A stretch of 62,889 bases of DNA, the filler included. It is 3 parts of 3 records of this genome, joined end to end, with 100 filler letters (N's around TTAATTAATTAA, not from the genome) between each part and the next. Parts side by side here need not be neighbours in the genome. Positions count along the whole stretch, not along the records: positions 49,567 to 62,889 come from DRR378314_2475; 2 more parts are not named here. One strand, written 5' to 3'. A model generated the notes under the pieces. That model did not search any database. It saw only the letters and a program-made list of their open reading frames with translations, and was not told the origin of the DNA. This document shows positions 50,890 through 62,889 of this stretch, piece by piece (within the stretch, counting starts at the first letter, position 1; each line of letters begins with the position of its first letter). The translations under genes were made by a program, and so were the position numbers.

Positions 50890-52179
50890 GCGGAGATACG
50901 ACGGGCGTTTCGGTCGTTAGCAAGAGAATGTCATCCGGATAAAGGCGGTAGCAAACAACTGGTACGGCAAGCTGGTTCCCGTGCTCGGTCGCTGTATGAC
51001 AGGGTTGCTAGGCGGCGCGCGTGCTCCCTCGGTCTTGTACTGAAGCCAATTTGGATCGCTTACGCGACTCGGCCGCGCGTCATGCACACGTCTCTGCGCG
51101 CTGCGTCGCCGTCTCGCCTCACCGTATTCTTCGGCGCTTTTTCTTTTGTATCGACAGTTCCAGCTTGTTTCATCTGTGTACGAGATACTTCGAGACGACG
51201 ATCTGAAGTGGCTGTATGATAACTACGGGGCAGCCGTGTTGCCTCCCGGAGCCTCGTCCACTGTGGCACTGTGGTCGCGCGAGGAGCGGCTGCGCGTGCA
51301 AGCACGGCTGGAAGACCTGTATTCCGGCCGCGACCTCACCTGTACGCTCGACGATGGCTCTTGTGTGTGCGTCCGACTATACCCTGGCGCTGCGGATGGC
51401 GACACAACACAGTTCCGCCATCCTCTAACGCGTCGGAACACGGTCATTGAAGTGCTTCAGGTACGCTGCCGTGCGCGTGTGGTAGAGTGGAGGCGTCTTG
51501 TTCTCGCAGCGGCTTCGCGCGCGCTTCCGCTGGTTTCGCTTTGCGTCGCCGCCTACCGAGTGTTTCGCAGCCTGATATATGGCCACTGGAGTACATTGGC
51601 ATATGCTTCAGTCGCCATTTGCATCATTTAGAATGAATGCGGTCGCACACAAGGTAGAGGGCGCGCAACTTACCACTTCGTGCTACTCGTGTGCCTGTTT
51701 GCCCGGTGTCCCAGCTTCCGCATGCTCGCGTGCTGCGGTCGGGCGACGACCTGCACACGCAGGTATCCGTTGCCAGCAGCGCAGCAGCGCCGGGCAGCAT
51801 TGTCGAGTTCGACGCCCTGCGTGCGCGGCGGCTACAGGTTGCTGTTCCAGCAGGTGCGTACGGCATGCATTTACAATGGCCGTCACCATGCTGTGGCTTG
51901 TGCTCGCGACGACGTTCGGGTTACGCGACCTCTCGTGGTGATCGTGGTGGTTCATTCTGCTCGAGCAGCTCGCCGACTGTCTTGCAATCGTACGCTGTTG
52001 CATGTTTCTTTTTTTTTGGGGGGGGGCGTGGAATCCGGGTTGCAGAAATTCAGTCAGGGCGAACAGTGCTGTGCTTTCGTGGGTATGGGATGCCCGTGTC
52101 TTCCGAAGACCGCACGCGCCCTCGTCAGATTCACGCTCCGCAATTCGGCGATCTCTACGTGCATTTTCGCACGCAAGAT
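50890..52179 (+). CDS. Spliced eukaryotic DnaJ/Hsp40 gene (J domain plus DnaJ C-terminal domain, no zinc finger); 5' and 3' ends unresolved
   Basis: Phase-consistent GT-AG exons: 50890-50961 (AEIRRAFRSLARECHPDKGG), 51158-51460 (FQLVSSVYEILRD..LYDNYG..LEDLYSG), 51715-51853 (LPHARVLRSGDDL), 52046-~52179 (GYGMP..GDLYVHF). A probable upstream exon lies at 50594-50683. Confidence 0.82.
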
Positions 52180-54402
52180 GTACGTGCCCTGTGGTTGTCT
52201 AGCTGGTCCCTCTCCAGCTCTCCTGCTCGCATGGCGGTCAAGACCCTCTTCCCGGGCTGGCGATCTCTTTGGCACACAGGCACATATGTTTGCAGTAAAG
52301 TTTGAGCATTTCCCCCTTTTTTGATATCACGTATGGGAGACCTGAAATGGGTGCGTCGGCGCGGCGAGCTCGCTTGCCGCCTCGATTGCGTGCTGATCCG
52401 TTTGCCTCCCCGTGGCCAGGCGGGTGTGTGGGGCGCTCGAGGTCGACTCCACGCTCTGAAAGCGTGAGACAGCTCGCACGCGCATGGAGACCAGTGTTCC
52501 TTTCGGTCTGTCGAGAGAGTTTCATTCTTTATGGCAAAAGGAACGGAATCCATAATGATGGTATGTGCGGACGAATGCGCGACGGGCGTGCGTGTGCGTT
52601 TGCAGGAGGACGGCCCGGCATCGGCGGTATTGCAAGTCGCGCCGGCAAGCGCAGGCGCGTATGCTGCTCGTATCCGACCAGGACCGAAAGTGTCCCGATG
52701 GCCGCGGATCCGCGTGCTGTCGACGGGGACTGCAGTCGCCGAATCAGGCGGTGCACGGGAACAGCTGTCGCGCAACATTCTGGGCCTCCGTCGTGCAGCA
52801 TCGTTGCCGCATCGCAATCTTCCAGCTTTCTTAGGACGCTCTCTTCTCGCGATTGGCGATGGGGTTAGCGGAGCTCGGGCGCGATCGTCTGGTCCGCGAG
52901 CAGATCGTGCGCGTGCAGATGCGGACTCTGAGCTACAGCAGAGCGTCGGAGATGGCATCGCACGGGGTGATTCGAGCGAGCCGCTCTGCGCATCCGCGGA
53001 TCCCGTGAATCGTTCAATGGGTGGCGAGCGAACCTCGGATGTCGGTGATATCCGCCCGCACGATCAAGTGCCTCATGCCTCGACGGCGATTGCGCGTGGA
53101 GTACCGATTTCAGGCCGCGCCTGCGATCCTGCTGGCAGTGCGTCTGCGGTCGCAAACGGTGGGGAATTACTTGCTTCCACAGCAGTTGCCCCTCATCCAG
53201 TCACCCCCGTTCCCATGCAGCGAAGCAGTTCTGGTTCGCTTGCACTGCATGTGTGGGCCGGGCCGGGAACGGGCGCTCCAGTCCGCAGTGTGGCTCCGAT
53301 CCCGCCTCTTGCCTCATCCGCTTCTGTCGTTGGTGACTTTGGCGACTCGTTTCGGCACGGACCTATGCTTCAGCTCGTGTTTGAGCATCCATCTGTACCC
53401 CTTCACTTACGAGCGCCCGCTTATGGTGGAGAAGCACTGGGGTTTCACGGGCTGTCGCGTAGTGTCGACGGTGCAGTTGGGGGCGAGCCGCAGCCGGCGC
53501 AGCGGCCAGCGCCGCGCGCTCGGGCGGAGCACGTGCTCCACAGTGCGCCGCACCGCTCCGCCGCCGCTTGCTCGTCGTCAGAGTCTGACTTGGTCAACAT
53601 GTCCCTGCAGCTCAAAGCGAAGGCAGGACACCAAGCCGTGCAACCCGATGGAAGGTGACATCGTTCCCAACGTTGTGCCCGTATTGTGTGTCGCTGCCGT
53701 TTGTAGCTTTGGCGGGATTGCGCCGTGGCGCGGCGCCAATGGTGCGCACGTCCCACGATTCGCGCAGTTTCTCCGGTGCAGCCGATTGACGTGTTCGGAC
53801 CCGCAAGCATGTCATTTTGTTCTGCAGGAGATCAATTAAAAATCTCTCGCGTTCCTCTATCTTTAGTGTTTTTCAGCGCGCGCGTGTGTGTTGGAGAATG
53901 CAATCTGTGCGCGAAGCGGGCGCACGTTCTCTGTGATTCTTTTGGATTGACATTCTGTGTTGTGTGAATGGCTTGTGACGCGGAAGGACCGAATCTGCGC
54001 TTCAAGTGCTGCTGATTGTGCGATGTGGTGATTGTGTGTGCATTGACGCATAAATCACGATGTAAGGACGAACAAAGCTTAATTGCAATGCTTTGTAGTT
54101 GATATTATTTTTAAAAAAATGTTGGAAGGATGCAAGATATTGCGCATCGATACGTGTGTGTTTCTGTGTCCGTTGCCCAAGGTCGAGCATCGGAGCCCGG
54201 CCTCCTGGCATCGTGCACGTGGTTTAACGTCCGTCTGCGAAGCAGAAGGACCGAAAAAAAAAAGGTGGGAGTGCGGGTATGTATATCTCTGTTTTTCCGT
54301 GAATTGGAGCGGTAAAGACTGCATCAAAACGATCGATTGAGGATCGGATCCTGATGGCATCAATAAACACTGGGCTATCGCCGGCGAATCACGTGCCAAG
54401 CG

Positions 54403-57235
54403 CTACTCGCTCCGGCGACGCGTTTCCGCTTGCTCCAATTTGATTCCTTTCGTTGCCAGTTTGTCCGCATACTCGTTTCCGGGCTCGCCCGAATGACCGC
54501 GAACGTGCACAAGGCGCACGCCGGCGTCGCCAAACGACTACAATGGGAAACAAGAAACACGGCGTGCAGCCACAAAGCCAGCAAGAAACGCGGGCAATGG
54601 TCAGCGTACGGAACAGGGAAACGAAAGCAGGTGCCGCCGACCCTTTGCGCACTCGCTGCACCTGCGCACATGTTCACAGATCGGGCACGTGGGGTACGTA
54701 TACGAGAAGAGCCTGCATACAATAGAATGGCCATCTGAACATTTACGATCTGTCCAAAGCAACAACAAACAACATCACCGATGCCAGTCCAATTCCACGC
54801 GCGTCTTCGCACCTGTCTTACTTCTATAATCCTCTTCCAGAGATCGACATGCTTGACCGGTCCTCCCATAGCGAGGCGCCAGTCTTTGCGCACCCACCCG
54901 GGGATCCACCGATCCATTGCATTAATGCAAAACTCCGAGTCCGTGCGTATCTGTACGTTTGACCAGACGCGCATTCGGAAGTACTCACGAGCAAGCTGTC
55001 ACGAAACGAATATATTTGGCAGTGGACTGATCGCGACGCCAGACGTGGAGGCAGTCAGGTCTGTTCATGCGTGCGAGGTGCAGTGTATGCGTAACTGCGC
55101 ACCACTGCAGACGGGAAACAAAAGGAAGCGGAAATGCTGGGCGTACTACGAATGGTGAAACAAGATATTATGCGCCTAAATCTTGCAGGAGATGTCAGCG
55201 GGATGATCGACGCGTGAATCATGAAGGAATGCACACGGAAAGAACGCTGCAAGGCGTGCCAGGGACGAGCACCAGAAAATCACACCTCGAGTTTCTCGTA
55301 GACGCCCTGGCATAATTCCAAGCACCGCAGGATGGCGAATATCTCGGCACGTTGATTGCTGATTGGCCAATCCTGTTGTAGAATTAGACGTGTAAGAAGC
55401 GTAAAGGTGAGGAAATATCGCACAGGGGCAAGGGTCCGGATTCGTGCGCTTTTCGCTGGACGCACGGGCGAGGGCCACCTTTCCGCACGGTTCTCCCAGA
55501 GGAAGACCTTCCGACCAATCGATCACATCTTACAACTCCTCAGGGGCGGGAAAGAATGTAGCGTTAACAATGGTGCTTGTATGTCGAGGTGAGGATGTGA
55601 GATTTCGTTTGGAAATCGAGGTCGGTCGCTAGTGTTTCGCGCCTGGAGGGCTGCGCGGGTTTGCCTGGAGAGCGCGAGGCGCGAGCATTCCAGGGCCGAG
55701 ATCACGCAGACCTTTGACGGGGGCAGTGGCCCTGCCTCTGTGATCTTGCCAAAGTCGATGTATACACCGTAGCCAGCCTTGCGGTGTTTAACAGCTCGCT
55801 GATTTCCGTAGCATGCTCCATCCGTATAACAAATCGTTCGATCCACGTTGCAGTCTGAGTCGGCAGCAGCACCTTCGGCGGTGTCGGCAGACGAAGACTC
55901 TGACGAGTTCACCACTGAGCGTCCGCTCTGCATATCACAGCCGCCCATAGGAGCCACGCCATCATGCACACCACAACAATGTAAACGTCCAGCTTTACAT
56001 AGGAATTGAAACCGAATACAAATAGTAGACATTGGGTTTCGAAGGAGGGCGAGGTCGTTGCTGCGGCTTCATGGTGACGAATGGCGTCGTTGGCGAATGC
56101 GCACAACCCATGCGCCGCTTCGCGCGACTCTGTAGTACCGCAGCTATGCTGCGGCTATCTTGGGCCCCGGAAGAGGGTGTGACGATATTACCAAACCATT
56201 AGATCTCAGTACAACATTACAAACACATTTCAGCACAGCTACCAGCGCACTCTTCGTATGCTTGCGCGTGTGGGATGTTCAACGCTCCGGAGGAGCAGGT
56301 AGGACGAGCGAGGTTCGGTGCGGCGCTAGCGCGCTCCACCTTGACCCCTGCGGCCAAAGTGCACCAAATGCGTTGTGTACGAAGAAGGAGCCGGTTTGTA
56401 AGGCGAGTTACTTACGCTGCTGGGTCTCTCATCTGGATCTCCACCGACTGGCTTGATCCGCATCCGCTGCTCCTCCGGCACTTCGGGAGGCACGAATCCT
56501 TCCTCCATCGACTGCTTCCCAAACTGCGCAAACGCGAGCGCCGCCTCTTGCGTATCAAACTTCCGATAGACAGCAAAGGGAAACTTCGACACCTAGTGAG
56601 GTAAATAATTTCATTGCAGATCATTGGAACATTGTAACCGATATACAGAGGTTGATTAGGACCTTCTTTTTCCCTTTTCTCATTTTTTTTTGGGCGTGTG
56701 GTTGGTGTTGTGACGGGAACACGCCTCGACGGGCGGTTTCCAGCTCGCGTTCTCATAATCCCCACGCGAGGAGCCACAGCGTACTACACACGCAGAGCAA
56801 AAATTGATCACAAAAGTAGACAAAGGAGTGATACATCTCCAAGAGGTATTTCGCTCGCATATGGGGCCCGCGAGAGACTCCGAGAAAACCCCGGCGCAGC
56901 AGGCTGTCCTGTCTTGCAAGCAACGTGCACGCCGCGAGCAGCACAGGGGTACGAGACGCTTCAGAGCGTCCATATGCCCTCGAAACGTGGGCGTACCTGC
57001 CGTTTGCAGTCACCCCACGTCTGGAATACGCCACGGTCCCTCCCGCGATGAACCGCATAATATGTGCTACAAATACCGAGACGCATCAGAAACAAAGCGG
57101 TGGCACAGACCGTGAGAATATTGCATCGGACTAAGGAGTTGGCAGCTGTGGAAAAAGTTGTTGCGCAGCGTCGCGAAAACTGGCGGGAAGACTCGCCAGC
57201 ACGGCAACGCACCCCGGTCGTACGATAAGTTTCAT
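54403..57235 (-). CDS. RNASEH1: Spliced eukaryotic ribonuclease H1 (hybrid-binding domain plus RNase H domain), 7 exons, 296 aa
   Basis: Exons 57235-57213, 57066-56997, 56592-56416, 55927-55712, 55372-55286, 54995-54813, 54537-54403; all GT-AG and phase-consistent, 891 nt in total. Hybrid-binding domain YYAVHRGRDRGVFQTW.DC..QV..F..AVYRKF. Catalytic motifs YTDGAC, NQRAEI, TDSEF, HVRGHSG..GNEYADKLA. Confidence 0.92.
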
Positions 57236-58891
57236 GGGTTTTTTCTTTCTCCTCAGTCGGTTCCCTACATATTCACCAGTGGTTTCGGCAAAACCCATTA
57301 TAAAAATGCAGTACATATTAGTAGTCTATTAACAGCTTGTGAGAAGAGGAGAAGAAGGAGCGCTGCAGCTGTGGAGCTGGCGCGGGCGAAACGTTCGGCG
57401 CGTGCTCGTTGCGCTCCCGTCCTGCCGCAAGGCGGCGCGGCAAAGGCGCGCACCTCCACGAGAAGCCGTCGAGGCTTCACGGGTTTTTGATCCCATGCTG
57501 AATATCCGGAGCGGAGAAAAACGTGAGGTAAACACGACTATAAAGTGTTGCTGTTATAGGGCACAGCGGTGCGGTTCTGACAACGGCAAACAAGCGTTCC
57601 GCGAAGAGTGGTACAGGGCGGAGTCGGAGCTCGCTTGACTGCAGCGGGCGGTGGCGAGTGCAAGCAGCAGGTGTCAAAACAGCATCCCCTACCAGAGTTT
57701 TCGGGAAAGGTTGAGATAATAGGGTGATGTACGTCTTCCACCTATCGGTGGATCTCGGTAGGGTGTGGTAGAGCAATACGCAGTGCCGCTCCTCCGTGTG
57801 GCAGACTGTGTCACGGCTGATCGTAGGGGTACAAGAAAGAGGAACGATCTCGCGTTCTCGCGCGAGGGGTTCATCAAACTCCTCGCAGGTTGGGATGTGA
57901 GGGCGCAGACTCGGACCTTTCTCGCACGAGCAAAGACGGCCGTCAGCACGAACGCACCTCCGGCGAGATACTAGAGGAGCTGGATCGTGAGGAAGCGGGC
58001 GTGCTCCCCGTACATCGTGCGTTTGCTGTCTTTGCTCTTGCGGCCACGGTTTCTTCGTCCAAGTATGATTTGCTGTAAGAAGTAAAGGGGTTCAAAAAAA
58101 GGGATATTGTGGCTCAATAGCAAGCGTTGCGCGTTCAGTAGTTGGCGTGTTGTTGCGTGCGCACTTTCTGTAGGCTGCGCTGTTCTGTGTCTGTGCGCTT
58201 CTGCTGGGTGCTTCAGGGGCCCACTAGTGGTTCCTGTGCTGCGCGCTCAAAGGTGCTGGCGACGCAGGTTGCGAACGAGAGGTGCAAAGTTGTACATTTC
58301 ACGAGTTTGCAACTTGGGCATTGGAAGTTTCGTCTGTCGAGCATTGCCGCTGTCTCTCTGGTAGTTGATTTCCACGTCGGTGTTTTTGCTGGCGGTGAAG
58401 CTTCTGCGCGACGCAGCAGCGCCGCTCCAGCACTGCCCGTGCTGCGACGCTGGAGTTCCTGCTCGCGGAACTGCGTGGGCCAAAACGAGATTCTTTCACA
58501 TCGTAACTTATATATAGATATGTGAAGCGTTTGTCTACACTTTCGAATATGCGATTCGGGACTCGCCGAATCGTCTGTTCTTGCAAAAGAAACGTCTGCG
58601 TTGGCGCGGTCTGCACTCGTTGGTTTGCGCTCTTGCCCACCCTGGTAGTGTTCCGCAAACCTTGGCACCTCGTGCGTGCGACTTGCTCGTCATGTCGTTG
58701 AGTGCCCTTTCATGTATCTTCGCCCCAATTCCTTTGGTAATGCTCATTCAAACAGTGAAGTGGAGTGTGTGATATTTAGTTGCTAACGTGCGCAACTGTT
58801 TTTTTTTTTGTCTTTCGTCTTTTTTTATTCTTCTCCGACTCCTCACCTTGCACCCACAGACCGCGAACAGCCGTAGCCGCTGCGCAGCGGT

Positions 58892-61800
58892 ATGGAGACG
58901 CTCACAGGTGTTTGCGAAGGCGTTGAGCCGGGAAACGGAGCGGCTCTGATCGCTCGGTCACTTTCTCTGGCAGAAATTTCTCTTCCAGGTCCACCGGATC
59001 TGTGTCACTTTGAGAAAGAATTCGAAAAGAATTACCTCGTATGGCGAGTAGAAAACAAGTACGTGCGAGGCGCTTTCGTCCAGACGCGCTGACAGAGCTA
59101 TTTTACGTGCACCGCTCTCGGAGTACTTGCAAGTTTCCGCCTGCAAACCTTTGAAAAGAGATTCTTGCACGAAAGCATTGGCGAATGTGCTGTGGAGAAG
59201 AAAAAAAGTGTGCGCTCTAACGTATGCTACTGCCCCGCTTGCGCGTGGCTTTTCGAACTGCCACGCGCGATGTACAAACGTGTCAATGCTACAGGACAAC
59301 AGCTGGGTATTTCCACTATGTTGTTGGCGCAGATACTTCGTCCCCTGCCGCAGTTTCAACGTATATGCGATCTTTGGTCGACAGACAAGAGAATGCGGTA
59401 CGTTGATTGTCGTGGTCTGTTGCATGTATCAATGCAAACGTGTCCTTGCGTTCTCCATGGGACGTGTCTGACGGTCCTGCGGGGCGAGGAGCAGGCAGGC
59501 TGTTGTGAACGTGTGTGCACCCGCGCACAAATTGAAGTGCGCGTCAGGTACCTATGTCGACGAGTAGCGCGTAAGTTTTCTGCGGACGAATTGTAGCGTG
59601 AAATTTTGCGATATGAGCAGCCTTTTGATTCTTGTTGCCGCTGATCGATCTGCTCTATCTCGATGGGATTCAACAGGGTTGGATGTCCGAAGGACGCTGG
59701 CGAATCACAAAAGGAACTTTTTGTATTTTCAATGCGTTTAGCCGATGCGATGTCCGGGTCGAGGTAAGATTCCGGCATTGGTTTTCTCGTACGTACCAGT
59801 TGCTGTAGCGTCGATATGAGTTGCTTGCTTCAAGGCCTGGCCAAGGCGCACGTGGACGCAATGGTGTGCAGTAATGGAGCCCTTTATCAACGTCCTGTTG
59901 CCGAGACGTTGCATGTATACCACGGACGTGTTGGTGTTTACTGATATGGATACCGATCCTTCGTATGTATGGAGGCGTTTCCGTTTCGTGGCGCTCCTGG
60001 CGTCCTCTCTGGGTGGCTAGCGGGAGTTGGCAGGGTGGAGCGTTACGATGTACGAGCAGCGTCATGCAGTATGGCGAGCGGATACGTGCCAGTATGGTCG
60101 TGAGCTGTAGTGCATGCGCGTATTGCTCGCCAAGAAGCGCACATACGGACAGAGAAATGCCAGGAAAGGCAGCTTTGGCATGTCTCGCGATTACTGTGTG
60201 AGAAGAGCTTGGCACGTCACGCGGCGACGAGTGATGTGGTACGCGTCGCCTATTTTGCGCTCGCGGACCTCTGTGTGTATTCGCGTCGCCTGACGTGCTC
60301 CGTCGATCGATCCCCATTGCCGCTGATGATGTGCGCCTCAGGTGAAATTTCCAGGCCAGACCACCGTGTATGCCGTAAACTATCGAGGCGAGCGAATTGA
60401 AGTGGATGAAATGGTGCGTTTTGTCTTGCGCATGTTGTATACCTTGGGAAGCGCTTGCAAAAGTTTCTGCGCTGTGTTTGGAAGAAATCGGTCGGGTTCG
60501 CTGTTTGCGGCGCTGTCGCTCGGTTTGGATGCGGTTCTCGACGTAGCACTCTGATGCTTACGCTACAAGCGGAGCAAAGAAGAACGTGTGCAGCGAGAAT
60601 GTATCATTGTTCTTGACCAGTCCGTCCTCTGGCTTCCGGGGTGGCTACCGACTGCGATGCTGGTGGCGGATTGCAGGCACTTTTTCTTCCTCGCTAATTC
60701 TCTCTGTATGCTGCGTGCCGTGTTTCGCCTGCAGCTGTGGAAAGAAGCGTTTGTATCGTCATGTATTCGTTCGTTGTCGCTTTCGTACGCACACACCAGG
60801 ACGTACCAGCATACGAAGCTGGAGAACGCTGTGCTCACCGATGGACATGGTCCAAACGTGCGCATGATTTCCGTCCAAAATATTGTGTATGAGCGTCCAT
60901 TGGCGTCTGCGGCGCTCGAGGAAGATTTCCTTATCGCTGTGGTCTCGCTACTCCCTCGAGGTGCGTACAGCGGCATACTGCACTCTTGTGCACTGTAACT
61001 TGTGAAGTCTGTAAACTTCGACGGCAGCGCATACGTAGAGATGCGAGGCGATTGCAGATGGTTCGTTCCCAGAGGGAAGGCGGGAAAAGAAGAAACCGAC
61101 CGATGCCCTTTACTTTCTTGGGTATTGGCTGGCGCGTGGCGTTCGACGCATGTCGCTCTCTTGGTGCAGGCGGGTGCGCGCTTTCAGTCATTTGCTCGTG
61201 AAACCACAGCACTGCAAATTTGATATTTATTCTGTGCAGATGTTCTAAAACATGCTCTCAATATGCCCTGATTGTGCATCTCCTTGTGGTGTCTGAGAAC
61301 TTGAGCCGGTACATGTTCACTGTCGAACTGCAGCTGCTGTTCTCTGTCCGTTGGCGCTCAAGGCCGGACATAACGCATACAACATGATGATACACACTGT
61401 TGAACAGTGGCTGGCGAGTGAGTCGCGTCCACTACGGCTTTGTAGCCTCCTTGAAGGCGCTGTGGCGTCCGAACCTGCTCTCTACGCTGGTACGTGTGCG
61501 GAGAGGTGCCAGAGAGAATGGTGACCAAGGCCTGCGAGGTGGCGAAGCTCGAGCGACGAAACGCGACTTGCGTGAGTGCCGCATTCCAAGGAACCGGGTT
61601 GCGCAGTATTTCTTCGTATGGTGGTGTATGTGCCCAGAGATCCACATCCTTTTCAGAGATTCGGAATTTTTATAGTAGCATGCTATCTGTGATGTGTTTT
61701 GCTTTCCTCGTCTGTCAGGGCGTAGGTATTGGCAGAAGCTCTACCCCTCGGTTGCTCCTTGCTGCGTGCGAGGGCGAGATGGTTTGGGTCAGGGTGTTAG

Positions 61801-62889
61801 GATAGGCTGTATCACTACTCATTCTCACCCGATGGAGCTCTTTTTTCCCCTGGTACCGGAAAGGAAAGGCCGCCGCGCATCGCTCCGACCCACGTGTTTG
61901 TTTCGACGAAATTTGCGCTGTCCATGCTGATTGTGGTGCTTTTTGGTGTGCGCCTGCGCATCTTCTGTGTCTCGTACGGCTCTGTGTTGTCCCAGTGGTG
62001 AGCCGTGCTCTGATGCGCGCTGGCGAACTTGCGCAGGCGCGGCTTGTCCTGAAAGATGCCCTGCGAACGCAGCCGGACAGTTTTCCACTGCTTTACCAGC
62101 TCTGTATATGGCATTTGACGGACGGTAATGTGGAAGTGGCGCTCTCAATTGCGAAGCGTCTCGTTTGCATCAGCGGCGAGAGCACAATGGCGTGGCTTGC
62201 CCTTGCCGAGTCATATTGCGCGGCAGGTACGATCTCAAATACGATTCGACTAATTGAATGCAGTGCACAAATAGGCATCATCCATCGTGATGAAAGCGTC
62301 TCCTTGGATCGGTTTCACGCGTGATGTGCTTCTGCGCGACTCAGAAAGTGACGTATGCTCGCTTGTGCCCTTCCTTTCCGTTTTGATTGGGCTGGGAGCA
62401 AATCCACTGTTGTCGCCGGGGACAGTACCATGGAATTCTATTTGAAAAAGTATTCGATGCCTTTGCTGGTGAACACTACTTCTCTTTCGTTGTCGTTTAC
62501 CAGTTGTATGCTCTGATACCGTTGATCTGCCGCTCACAATGTTGTGCTCACCCATGCGCGCTTTGCTGATTTGCGTTCGCTACAAATGGGTCAGATATGC
62601 ACGAGCATGCACTTGTTGCTCTGAATGCCGCACCTATGCGCAGAAAATCCACCGAGTCTCTCGGGATGCTCGCTGCGCAGCGATTTACTGGTGCAGACCG
62701 TGATGCGGAAGTGCGTATCGGCGGAGAAATGGAGGGAGCAGCAGACTCGGATGCCGAGGTTCGTCCGCCTGCAGGTGTTGCGCCGACAGCGCTGCGTTGC
62801 CAGCAGCCGGTATGGTTGGACATCGGGCGCTGTAGCGGGCGCTCCAAGCGGCAATCCGCGCGTTGACAGCTCCGCCTCGGCGGTTTCTG
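58892..62889 (+). CDS. Spliced ChAPs-family (exomer cargo adaptor; Bch1/Bud7/Chs6-like) TPR protein, probably continuing beyond the window
   Basis: Phase-consistent exons: 58892-59058 (GPPDLCH), 59295-59397 (GYFHYVVGADTSSP), 59677-59763 (FNAFSRCDVRVE), 60342-60413 (VKFPG), 60735-60960 (LWKEAFVSSCIRS), 61334-61489, 61996-62226 (AWLALAESY), 62595 onward (ALVALNAAPM). Motif order matches yeast ChAPs as recalled. Confidence 0.82.

Noticed and set aside
52531-53658. 375-aa ORF in the eukaryotic contig
   Set aside because: Low-complexity Ala/Ser/Arg/Pro sequence with no recognisable motif. It could be a large exon, possibly of the DnaJ gene, but cannot be supported.
54403-57235. RNase H as part of a retrotransposon, caulimovirus or retron-like element
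   Set aside because: It has six spliceosomal introns and a cellular-type hybrid-binding domain, with no RT, integrase or LTRs nearby.

Overview
The window is an artificial concatenation of three unrelated contigs, joined by 100-bp spacers (N44-TTAATTAATTAA-N44 at 26066-26165 and 49467-49566). Contig A (1-26065) is GC-rich alphaproteobacterial DNA, Roseobacter/Rhodobacteraceae-like by inference. It carries peptide-type and PhnCDE-type ABC transporters, two signalling modules, an amino-acid catabolic cluster and znuABC-zur. Its most unusual gene is a 1352-aa membrane fusion of two rhodanese domains, a YidC/Oxa1 insertase core and a rifampin-phosphotransferase/PEP-synthase-type dikinase. This fusion is transcribed divergently from an orphan PhnD-fold binding protein and a hybrid histidine kinase, and is the best candidate for an undescribed system. 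Contig B (26166-49466) is alphaproteobacterial housekeeping and lipid-catabolic DNA, Hyphomonadaceae-like by inference: uvrA 3' half with a histone-H1-like tail, trmFO, queE, sodB, a DEAD-box helicase, calB, acyl-CoA enzymes, a TonB receptor, nupC and a terminal palindromic repeat. Contig C (49567-62889) is eukaryotic and rich in GT-AG introns. Manual splicing recovers a DnaJ/Hsp40 gene, a complete 7-exon RNase H1 and a ChAPs (exomer cargo-adaptor) family gene, none of which the ORF track shows intact. All family calls come from motif recognition; no database search was run.
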